Below, one piece after another: positions 49,989-57,812 of a stretch of 64,000 bases of DNA (position 1 is its first letter; the number at the start of each line of letters is the position of its first letter). The translations under genes and the position numbers were made by a program. The stretch is from Gammaproteobacteria bacterium (GTDB lineage Bacteria > Pseudomonadota > Gammaproteobacteria > Natronospirales > REEB76), in NCBI GenBank assembly GCA_036263155.1, contig DATAHN010000085.1, positions 531 to 64,530 of the forward strand. Direction: 5' to 3'. The notes under the pieces are model-generated. The model was not told the DNA's origin, searched no databases, and saw only the letters and a program-made list of their open reading frames with translations.

Positions 49989-50019
49989 AAACGGGGCCGC
50001 AAGGCCCCGTTTCCTTGTT
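49989..50019. terminator. Bidirectional intrinsic terminator between rnt and grxD
   Basis: The stem AAACGGGGCC/GGCCCCGTTT has loop GCAA. It is A-rich on the 5' side and T-rich on the 3' side, and sits between convergent genes. Confidence 0.75.
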
Positions 50020-50034
50020 GCCGCCGCGGCGGCT

Positions 50035-50361
50035 TCAGGCGTGATTTATGCCTTTGTCGTCCAGCAGCTTCTTCAGCTCGCCGGACTCGAACATCTCGAC
50101 GGTGATGTCGCAACCGCCGATGAGCTCGCCCTTCACGAACAGCTGCGGGAAGGTCGGCCAGTTGGAGTAGCGCGGCAAGTTGGCGCGCACCTCCGGCTCG
50201 GCCAGCACGTTGACGTGCCCGAACTCCACACCCAGTGCCTTCAGCACCTGGGAGGTGCGGGCCGAGAAGCCGCACTGCGGGAAGTCCGGGGTGCCCTTCA
50301 TGAAGAGCACCACCGGCCGGCTCTCGATCTCGCGCTTGATGCGTTCCACCACCTCGTCCAT
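50035..50361 (-). CDS. grxD: Monothiol glutaredoxin (Grx4 family)
   Basis: 108 aa. VVLFMKGTPDFPQCGFS (CGFS active site) and WPTFPQLFVKGELIGGCD are present. Confidence 0.92.
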   Translation of the reverse strand: MDEVVERIKREIESRPVVLFMKGTPDFPQCGFSARTSQVLKALGVEFGHVNVLAEPEVRANLPRYSNWPTFPQLFVKGELIGGCDITVEMFESGELKKLLDDKGINHA

Positions 50362-50390
50362 CGTCTCCCTCCGGGAATCGCCCTGTTGCG

Positions 50391-50723
50391 TCAGTCGGAT
50401 TTCACTTCGATATTGTTGACCACATCCTTCACGCCGTCCACGCTCTTGGCCACGGTCTCGGCCTGGTCCTTCAGCGCCTGGGTCGGCAGGGTGCCGCTCA
50501 GCGCGACCACCTGATGGGTGGTCTCGACATGGATGTCGAAGGACTTCAGGCCCGTGTCACCCAGGAGCTTGGTCTTCACGGCCGTGGTGAGGTAGGAGTC
50601 ATCCACGAAAGTCCCGGCCCGCTGGGCCGGCATGGGCTTGTCGCTGGCACAGCCGGTGACGACGGCAGTGACGGACACTGTCGACAGCAAGGCGACGATC
50701 AAAGCGCTTCTCTTCATGTTCAT
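50391..50723 (-). CDS. BON domain lipoprotein (OsmY-like)
   Basis: 110 aa with the lipobox VVTGCAS. The BON domain pattern is DSYLTTAVKTKLLGDTGLKSFDIHVETTHQVVALSGTLPT...VDGVKDVVNNIEV. Confidence 0.75.
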   Translation of the reverse strand: MNMKRSALIVALLSTVSVTAVVTGCASDKPMPAQRAGTFVDDSYLTTAVKTKLLGDTGLKSFDIHVETTHQVVALSGTLPTQALKDQAETVAKSVDGVKDVVNNIEVKSD

Positions 50724-50741
50724 TCTTCTATCTCCTCGATT

Positions 50742-50939
50742 TCATTGCCGCGCGGACGCCACCTTGGCATGCCGCAGCGGGAGTTCATCGAGTATACGAC
50801 GCCGTTCTTCCTCAGATAGCCGCATCCAGCCCGCGATCTCGTTTATGTGACGCCTGCACCCCTGACAATAGTTCGCGTCGTCCAGCATGCAGACCCCTAT
50901 GCAGGGGGAAGTGACCGTGGAGAGTGCCGGGCTGGACAT
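50742..50939 (-). CDS. DUF1289 (YdhL-like) Cys-rich protein
   Basis: 65 aa. SPCIGVCMLDDANYCQGCRRHINEIAGW matches the DUF1289 motif. Confidence 0.7.
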   Translation of the reverse strand: MSSPALSTVTSPCIGVCMLDDANYCQGCRRHINEIAGWMRLSEEERRRILDELPLRHAKVASARQ

Positions 50940-51061
50940 TTGGGGATGCGATGGCGTGGCCTATGGGAAAGATTATACTAGAGCGCATAATGCGATTGGA
51001 CGTAACGCGTCCCGCCGCGTCCCCCTAGGGTCCCGCGAGAATTCAAACAGAGGAGTATGCG

Positions 51062-51676
51062 ATGAACCCCCTGAACAGCATCAAAGGCACTCTCACCCTG
51101 GGCTTCGTGCTCGCCATCGTGGTGGCGCTGATAGCCAGCATGGGCGTGGGCAGCCTGAACTGGCTGGTCCTGGTCCGCTGGTTCCATATCCTGGCCGGCA
51201 TCACCTGGATCGGCCTGCTCTACTACTTCAACTTCGTGCAGACCCCGGCCATGGCCGACGCGGCCGCGGACAAGGGTGGCCCGGGCGGGGCCGGCATCTC
51301 CAAGTACGTGGCGCCACGCGCCCTGCTGTGGTTCCGCATGTCGGCGGCGGTCACCTGGGTACTGGGCTTCATCTACCTGGCCTGGACCGGCAACCTGGGC
51401 GCCTTCGCCTTCGGCATGCTGGGCGAGGCAGTGAACACCTACCAGCTCACCATCGGCATCGGCGCCTGGCTCGGCACCATCATGCTGTTCAACGTGTGGG
51501 TGCTGATCTGGCCGAACCAGAAGAAGATCCTCGGCATCGTCGCCGCCAGCGACGAGGAGAAGGCCAAGGCCCGCAAGGTGGCGGCCATGGCCTCACGCAC
51601 CAACACCATGCTCTCCATCCCCATGCTGCTGTGCATGGCCTCCGCGTTCCACGGCATGCCCTTGATCCATGGCTGA
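51062..51676 (+). CDS. Integral membrane protein, PuuD N-terminal-domain-like
   Basis: 204 aa with about 4-5 TM segments. The HILAGITWIGLLYYFNFVQ motif resembles the membrane domain of proteins annotated as urate hydroxylase PuuD (from memory, unverified). Confidence 0.45.
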   Translation: MNPLNSIKGTLTLGFVLAIVVALIASMGVGSLNWLVLVRWFHILAGITWIGLLYYFNFVQTPAMADAAADKGGPGGAGISKYVAPRALLWFRMSAAVTWVLGFIYLAWTGNLGAFAFGMLGEAVNTYQLTIGIGAWLGTIMLFNVWVLIWPNQKKILGIVAASDEEKAKARKVAAMASRTNTMLSIPMLLCMASAFHGMPLIHG

Positions 51677-51703
51677 GCCCCCGAGCCCAGCGCTCCAAGA
51701 CAC

Positions 51704-51733
51704 AAAGCCCGGCCGCAAGGCCGGGCTTTTTTT
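51704..51733 (+). terminator. Rho-independent terminator
   Basis: The stem GCCCGGCC/GGCCGGGC has loop GCAA and is followed by T7 (51727-51733). Confidence 0.8.
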
Positions 51734-51793
51734 GCCCCTGGGACAGCTGTGCCGCATTTATAATAGACAGTTTATCAGCCAGGCTGCGCCCTA

Positions 51794-52639
51794 ATGTCCA
51801 CTGCTCTTCCTACAGACATCTCTGTCACGGTGAGCCGTGCGCTCACCGAAGATATCGGTGGTGGCGACCTCACCGCCGCGCTAGTGCCGGAAGCGGCGCA
51901 GGCGAAGGGAAGAGTCATCTCGCGCCAGGAAGCCGTGATCTGCGGCACCGCTTGGTTCGACGAGGTTTTCCGCCAGGTGGACGCCGACATCCACATCCAT
52001 TGGGAAGTACGCGACGGCGACGTCGCGCACAAGGATCAGGTGCTGTGCCGCCTGGAAGGCCCGGCCCGCGGATTGCTGACCGGCGAGCGCAGCGCCCTCA
52101 ACTTCCTGCAGACCCTCTCCGGCACCGCCACCGCGGCACGCCGTTACACGGAAGCCGTGAAAGGCACCCGTGCCACCATCCTGGACACCCGCAAGACCTT
52201 GCCGGGCCTGCGCTTGGCCCAGAAATATGCGGTGCGCTGCGGCGGCGCCAGCAATTACCGCATAGGCCTGTATGACGGTATCCTTATCAAGGAGAACCAC
52301 ATCATGGCGGCGGGCGGCATCGCGCCGGCAGTCAAGGCGGCTCGCGCCGGCGGCGCACAGGTGCCGGTGGAAGTGGAGGTGGAGACCCTGGAGCAGCTGC
52401 AGGAGGGTCTCGCTGCTGGCGCGGATATCCTGTTACTGGACAATTTCGACCTGGCGGGGATGCGCCAGGCCGTAGCCATTACAGCGGGCCGCGCGAAGCT
52501 GGAGGCCTCCGGCGGCATCGGCATCGATGCCGTGCGCCAGGTGGCGGAGACGGGGGTGGATTACATCTCGGTGGGCTCGCTCACCAAGCATGTGCAGGCG
52601 GTGGACCTGTCGCTGCGTTTCGAATTCGGGAAGGGTTGA
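51794..52639 (+). CDS. nadC: Nicotinate-nucleotide pyrophosphorylase (carboxylating)
   Basis: 281 aa. [31 protein letters not shown] and LLDNF motifs are present. Confidence 0.92.
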   Translation: MSTALPTDISVTVSRALTEDIGGGDLTAALVPEAAQAKGRVISRQEAVICGTAWFDEVFRQVDADIHIHWEVRDGDVAHKDQVLCRLEGPARGLLTGERSALNFLQTLSGTATAARRYTEAVKGTRATILDTRKTLPGLRLAQKYAVRCGGASNYRIGLYDGILIKENHIMAAGGIAPAVKAARAGGAQVPVEVEVETLEQLQEGLAAGADILLLDNFDLAGMRQAVAITAGRAKLEASGGIGIDAVRQVAETGVDYISVGSLTKHVQAVDLSLRFEFGKG

Positions 52640-52689
52640 TCACGTACCGGCCGGCCGCACCGCGTCCGCGCCGCCACTGAGGGACAAGC

Positions 52690-55104
52690 ATGTCGGGACT
52701 CCTCTTCGCGCTCATCGTCATCGCCACGCTGTGGGCGCTGGCCTACTTCGCCGCCCCGCTGTGGGCCTGGACCGCGGCCATCGCGCTGATGCTGGTGGCG
52801 GATGGCTGGCTCTGCCATCTGGCCCCCACAGCCGCGTGGATCGTGTTCCTCATCGCAGCCGTGGTGCTCAATGTGGTTCCGCTGCGGCGCCTGCTCATCA
52901 GCGACCACCTCTTGGGCTGGTTCCGCAAGGTGCTGCCACCCATCTCCGAGACCGAGCGCATCGCCATCGATGCCGGCAACACCTGGTGGGACGCAGACCT
53001 TTTCACCGGCCGGCCGGACTGGAACAAGCTGCTCGCCACCCCGCCCGCGGCGCTCAGCGATGAGGAGCAGGCGTTCCTGGACGGTCCGGTGGAGGAGTTC
53101 TGCAAGTCGCTGGACGACTGGCACATCACCCACGACCTGCAGGACCTGCCGCCCCAGGCCTGGGAGCAGATCCGCAAGCACCGCTTCTTCGGCATGATCA
53201 TCCCCAAGCAGTACGGAGGCCTGGGCTTCTCGGCCCTGGCGCACTCCACGGTGGTGATGAAGATCGGCACCCGCAGCACCAGCGCTGCCGTCACCGTGAT
53301 GGTGCCGAACTCGCTCGGCCCTGGCGAGTTGCTTCTGCACTACGGCACCGAGGAACAGAAGCAGCACTACCTGCCGCGCCTCGCGCGTGCCGAGGAGATT
53401 CCCTGCTTCGCCCTCACCGGTCCCTACGTGGGCTCCGATGCAGGCGCGCTTCCGGATACCGGCGTCGTCTGCAAGGGCAGCTATCAAGGCAAGGAGACGC
53501 TGGGCTTCCGCGTGAGCTGGGACAAGCGCTATATCACCCTCGCCCCCATCTCGACGCTGCTGGGCGTGGCCTTCAAGGCATACGACCCGGACCACCTCCT
53601 GGGCGACAAGGTGGATCTCGGCATCACCCTTGCGCTGATCCCCACCAACCTGCCCGGCATCGAGATCGGCACGCGCCACAATCCGCTGAACGCGGCCTTC
53701 ATGAACGGCCCGACCCGTGGCAAGGACGTGTTCATCCCCTTCGACTGCCTGATCGGCGGCACCCAGTACATCGGCAAGGGTTGGATGATGCTGATGAACT
53801 GCCTGTCGGTGGGCCGCGCGATCTCGCTGCCTGCCCTCGGTACCGGCGCCGGCAAGCACGCCAGCCGCGTGGCCGGAGCCTACGCGCGGGTGCGCAAGCA
53901 GTTCCGCGTGCCCATCGGCAAGTTCGAGGGCGTGGAGGAGGCGCTGGCACGCATCGCCGGCATCACCTACCGCATGGAAGCGGCTCGCAAGCTCACCGCC
54001 GGTGCTCTGGACCGGGGCGAGAAGCCTTCGGTACTGTCGGCCATCCTCAAGTACCACTGCACCGAGGGCATGCGCCAGGTGCTGGCGGACGCCATGGACG
54101 TGCACGGCGGACGCGGCGTGATGATGGGGCCGCGCAACTACCTCGCCCGCGGCTACCAGGCGGTACCAGTGAGCATCACCGTCGAGGGCGCGAACATCCT
54201 CACTCGCAGCATGATCATATTCGGCCAGGGCGCGATCCGCGCCCATCCTTATCTCCTCAAGGAGATGGAAGCGGCCTCAAGCGCCGACCAGGCCAGGGCG
54301 GCGCTGGACTTCGACAAGGCCCTGTTCGCGCATATCGGCTTCACCATCAGCAATGCCGCGCGGTCCCTGTTCCTGGGCCTCACCGGTGCACTGTTCGCCG
54401 TCGCTCCGGGCACCGGCCGCACCCGCCGCTACTTCCGTCAACTCTCGCGCATGAGCGCCGCGTTCACCTTCACGGCGGATGTGGGCCTGCTGATGCTGGG
54501 CGGCGAGATGAAGCGCAAGGAGAAGCTCTCGGCCCGCTACGGCGACATGCTGAGCCACCTGTATCTCACTTCGGCGGTGCTGAAGCAGTACGAGGACCAG
54601 GGCCGGCCGGAGACGGACCTGCCGCTGGTGGAATGGGCCTGCCAGGATTCCTTTTACGCCATGCAACAGGCGCTCGAGGGCATCCTGCGCAACTTCCCCT
54701 CCCGCCTGGCCGCTTGGCTGATGCGGTTGATCGTGTTGCCGGTGGGAAGGCCTTATGCTCCGCCCACCGACAGGCTGGGCCACAAGGCCGCGAGCCTGCT
54801 GCTGCAGCCCTCGGACGCCCGCGACCGCCTGACGCGCTACGCCTTCACTTCCACCGACCCCAAGGATCCGGTGGGCAGGATGGAGCACGCGCTCAAGCAG
54901 ACCCTGGCGGCGGAACCGGTGGAAGAGAAGCTGCAGGCGGGCCTCAAGAAGCGCCTGGCACCGGCCAACTACCTCAAGCTGGTGGACGAAGCCGTAGCGA
55001 AGAACGTGCTGAGCACGGACGAAGCCCGGCTGCTGCGGGACGCCCACGCAGTAGCCCGCGATGCCATCGACGTGGACGAGTTCGGAACGATGCGGGGCGA
55101 ATGA
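52690..55104 (+). CDS. fadE: Acyl-CoA dehydrogenase, long FadE type
   Basis: 804 aa. It has N-terminal TM helices, an ACAD core (FALTGPYVGSDAG, VEGANILTRS) and a C-terminal DUF1974-like extension, as in E. coli FadE. Confidence 0.9.
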   Translation: MSGLLFALIVIATLWALAYFAAPLWAWTAAIALMLVADGWLCHLAPTAAWIVFLIAAVVLNVVPLRRLLISDHLLGWFRKVLPPISETERIAIDAGNTWWDADLFTGRPDWNKLLATPPAALSDEEQAFLDGPVEEFCKSLDDWHITHDLQDLPPQAWEQIRKHRFFGMIIPKQYGGLGFSALAHSTVVMKIGTRSTSAAVTVMVPNSLGPGELLLHYGTEEQKQHYLPRLARAEEIPCFALTGPYVGSDAGALPDTGVVCKGSYQGKETLGFRVSWDKRYITLAPISTLLGVAFKAYDPDHLLGDKVDLGITLALIPTNLPGIEIGTRHNPLNAAFMNGPTRGKDVFIPFDCLIGGTQYIGKGWMMLMNCLSVGRAISLPALGTGAGKHASRVAGAYARVRKQFRVPIGKFEGVEEALARIAGITYRMEAARKLTAGALDRGEKPSVLSAILKYHCTEGMRQVLADAMDVHGGRGVMMGPRNYLARGYQAVPVSITVEGANILTRSMIIFGQGAIRAHPYLLKEMEAASSADQARAALDFDKALFAHIGFTISNAARSLFLGLTGALFAVAPGTGRTRRYFRQLSRMSAAFTFTADVGLLMLGGEMKRKEKLSARYGDMLSHLYLTSAVLKQYEDQGRPETDLPLVEWACQDSFYAMQQALEGILRNFPSRLAAWLMRLIVLPVGRPYAPPTDRLGHKAASLLLQPSDARDRLTRYAFTSTDPKDPVGRMEHALKQTLAAEPVEEKLQAGLKKRLAPANYLKLVDEAVAKNVLSTDEARLLRDAHAVARDAIDVDEFGTMRGE

Positions 55105-55119
55105 CCCGGAATGGTGGGA

Positions 55120-55150
55120 AGCCCGCTCCTGCAAAGGGGCGGGCTTTTTT
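55120..55150 (+). terminator. Rho-independent terminator after fadE
   Basis: The stem AGCCCGC(T)CC/GG(G)GCGGGCT is followed by T6 (55145-55150). Confidence 0.75.
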
Positions 55151-55155
55151 ATCGC

Positions 55156-57681
55156 TTAAATCTCCAGGTCGGGTGCACCGCGCAGCAGGCGGTCGCACTG
55201 GTCGGCGGGCAACGGCGGACTGAACAGGAAGCCCTGCATCAGGTGGCAGCCCTCCGCCGCCAGCTGCTTCATCTGCTCCACCGTCTCCACACCTTCGGCG
55301 ATGACACGGAACTTGAGCCGGTCCGCCAGGGTCAGGATCACCCGCGCGATGGCGGCGTCGTACTCGTTGGTGGCGATGCCCTGCACGAAGGCGCGGTCGA
55401 TCTTGATGATGTCTACCGGCAGGTGCTTGATGTACATCAGCGAGGAATGGCCGGTGCCGAAGTCGTCGAGGGCGATGCGCACGCCCAGGGACTTCAGGTC
55501 CTCAAGGATGCGGATGCTGGCCTTCACGTCCTGCATGATCAGGCTTTCGGTGATCTCGAACTGCAGTGCCGAGGGCGGCAAGCCCGAAGCCATGAGCGCG
55601 TCCTCCACCACCCGCTTGAGGTTCTGCATGGTGAACTGGCGCACCGAGAGGTTCACCGCCACGTGCAGGCGCTTGGCGCGCGAGGACTTATACCACAGGC
55701 CAACCTGGCGGCAGGCCTCCTCCAATACCCACTGGCCGAGGGGCACGATCAGTCCGGTCTCTTCCGCGAGCTGGATGAACTCGCCTGGCGGCACCAGGCC
55801 GATCTCAGGATCCTGCCAGCGCACCAGCGCTTCCACGCCCACCACGCCGCCTTCCCGGATGTCGAACTGCGGCTGGTAGTGCAGCACCATCTCGTTATGC
55901 TTGAGGGCGCGGCGCAGTGCGTTCTCGCTGGAGAGGCGCTGCATCGCCTTGGCGTGCATGTCCTGGGTGAAGAACTGGTAGTTGTTGCGACCACGCTCCT
56001 TGGCCTTGTACATGGCGCTGTCGGCGTTCTGCAGCAGCGCCTGCACCGTGGTGCCATCGCCCGGATACATGCTCACGCCGATGCTGGCGCCGAGATTCAC
56101 CTCGGTGCCCTCCAGCAGCATGGACTCGGACAGGGACGTCAGAATGCGCTCGCAGGTCAGCGTGACCGACTGGGGCTCGTTGCAGTCTTCGATGATCACT
56201 GTGAACTCATCCCCGCCAAGGCGGGCCACCGTATCTGAAGTACGCACGCACTCCAGCAGGCGCTGGCCGATCTGGTAGAGCATCTGGTCGCCCACGTTGT
56301 GGCCGAGCGAGTCGTTCACGCTCTTGAAGCGGTCCACGTCGATGAACAGCAGGGCCATGGGCTTGCGCGAGCGGCGGGCACGGGCCAGCGACTGTTCCAT
56401 GCGGTCCAGGAACAGGGTGCGGTTTGGCAGTCCGGTGAGATGATCATAGTTCGCCAGCCGCCGCATCTCCTCCTCTGCCTGCTTGCGATCAGCAGCCGAG
56501 AGGGCCAACGCCATGAAGTCAGCCAGCGCGCTTGCGTAGTTCATCTCCTCGGCGGTCCAGGGGCGCACGCCCCCGGTCCACTCATGGAATACCACGCCGC
56601 GCACCTTGTATCCGTGGCGGAACGGCACGAACAGCACCGCGCTGGTGTTGTGCGGCTTGAAGTAGTGGTGCCAGACCTTGGCAAGGCCCGCGTCGCGCTC
56701 GATGTCAGGCACCGGCACCGCTCGGCTCTGCTGCAGGTCCTCGAAGAGCTGCGGGCACTCATCCTTCTCGATGTTCGCGCGGGACTGGGTGGAATGCTCA
56801 CCGCGCTCGTAGATGTGCACGCAGCGCATGGCGGTGCCGATGGAGTTCATCAGCCAGATGCTGATGCGCTCGCACTGGGTGGCCTGGGTCGAGCGCGAGC
56901 TGATCACCTCGAAGGCGGCCCGCAGGTCGCCGGTGGAGATGCTGGGGTCGCGGGTGAGCTCGTAGAGCTGGGAATCCTTGTGGCGGGTCTTCTCTTCCTC
57001 GCGCTTGAGCCGGGTCTCGAGCCGGGTGCGCTGGTTGACCTCGTTGTCCAGCTCCTCGGTCATGCCCTCGTACGAGAGCTTCAGCCGCAGCCGTTCCGCG
57101 ATCTCGCCCTGCTGGGCGCGGGCGATCAGGCACAGGGTGACCATGACCACCGCGCTCACGAACGCCACCAGCAGGCCCGCCGAACCCGGCTCCATCGCCA
57201 AGCGTACGTCGATGGGCAGGAACAGCATGGTGAGATAGGCGATGTAGAACATCACGTTACCGGCGAACATCATGGCCGGCAGCGAGCCCATGGCCACCAG
57301 CAGCACCAGCAGTGTGACCTGGTGCTGCATCGAACCCGGCGTGAACATCATCCAGCCGGCGCCGCCCCAAGCGATGCCTAGCAGTGCGGTGAGCACCAGG
57401 AAGAGCTTCTGCCAGTGTGTTGCGGTGGTGATGGACTCGATGTCGCCGTCGGCGCGCCAGCTCAGCCAGATGCGGATGCCGCTGACCAGCACCATGCAGG
57501 CGAGCCAGGACAGCATCACCACATGGTTGATCTCAGGCCAGAATGCCACCGCCGCCAGCAGCGCGGCGCAGATCACCGCTACATCGGTCCAGCGACCGAA
57601 TTTACGAAGCGCATTGACCCGAGCCAGCTGCACATGCTGGTCGAAGGACATGAATTTACGAACTGGCTGCTCTGCCGCCAC
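55156..57681 (-). CDS. Membrane sensor GAF-GGDEF-EAL protein (c-di-GMP turnover)
   Basis: 841 aa. It has an N-terminal ~6-TM domain, a coiled coil, a GAF-like region, GGDEF (RLGGDEFTVII), EAL (VEALVRW) and DDFGTGHSSL. Confidence 0.9.
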   Translation of the reverse strand: MAAEQPVRKFMSFDQHVQLARVNALRKFGRWTDVAVICAALLAAVAFWPEINHVVMLSWLACMVLVSGIRIWLSWRADGDIESITTATHWQKLFLVLTALLGIAWGGAGWMMFTPGSMQHQVTLLVLLVAMGSLPAMMFAGNVMFYIAYLTMLFLPIDVRLAMEPGSAGLLVAFVSAVVMVTLCLIARAQQGEIAERLRLKLSYEGMTEELDNEVNQRTRLETRLKREEEKTRHKDSQLYELTRDPSISTGDLRAAFEVISSRSTQATQCERISIWLMNSIGTAMRCVHIYERGEHSTQSRANIEKDECPQLFEDLQQSRAVPVPDIERDAGLAKVWHHYFKPHNTSAVLFVPFRHGYKVRGVVFHEWTGGVRPWTAEEMNYASALADFMALALSAADRKQAEEEMRRLANYDHLTGLPNRTLFLDRMEQSLARARRSRKPMALLFIDVDRFKSVNDSLGHNVGDQMLYQIGQRLLECVRTSDTVARLGGDEFTVIIEDCNEPQSVTLTCERILTSLSESMLLEGTEVNLGASIGVSMYPGDGTTVQALLQNADSAMYKAKERGRNNYQFFTQDMHAKAMQRLSSENALRRALKHNEMVLHYQPQFDIREGGVVGVEALVRWQDPEIGLVPPGEFIQLAEETGLIVPLGQWVLEEACRQVGLWYKSSRAKRLHVAVNLSVRQFTMQNLKRVVEDALMASGLPPSALQFEITESLIMQDVKASIRILEDLKSLGVRIALDDFGTGHSSLMYIKHLPVDIIKIDRAFVQGIATNEYDAAIARVILTLADRLKFRVIAEGVETVEQMKQLAAEGCHLMQGFLFSPPLPADQCDRLLRGAPDLEI

Positions 57682-57742
57682 GCTCCAACCCCTGAAGCGC
57701 TAGTTTGCCGGATGCCCAAGCTCCCTCCCAGGAGATTTGAGC

Positions 57743-57765
57743 ACATAATCTATAAAAGATTATGT
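57743..57765. promoter_or_regulatory. Perfect 9-bp inverted repeat in an AT-rich intergenic spacer (candidate operator)
   Basis: ACATAATCT-ataaa-AGATTATGT lies 62-84 nt upstream of the start at 57681. There is no U-tract, so it is unlikely to be a terminator. Confidence 0.4.
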
Positions 57766-57812
57766 CATATTGAAGCGATAAATCCAGCTTAAATGCTCAC
57801 TTAGTGTGCGAA

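Noticed and set aside
52561-54246. 561-aa minus-strand ORF, plus other long antisense or alternative-frame ORFs (e.g. 5017-6309, 5112-6374, 3734-5023, 7914-8825, 8952-9920, 17118-18173, 18163-19071, 21205-22287, 37453-38886, 39765-41033, 41478-42659, 42740-43741, 44098-45420, 48036-49586, 53781-55223, 55111-56238, 56299-57381, 60472-61752)
   Set aside because: All of them overlap confidently assigned genes on the other strand or in another frame. They have skewed R/A/G/P/H composition and carry no recognisable motifs. They are GC-content artefacts.
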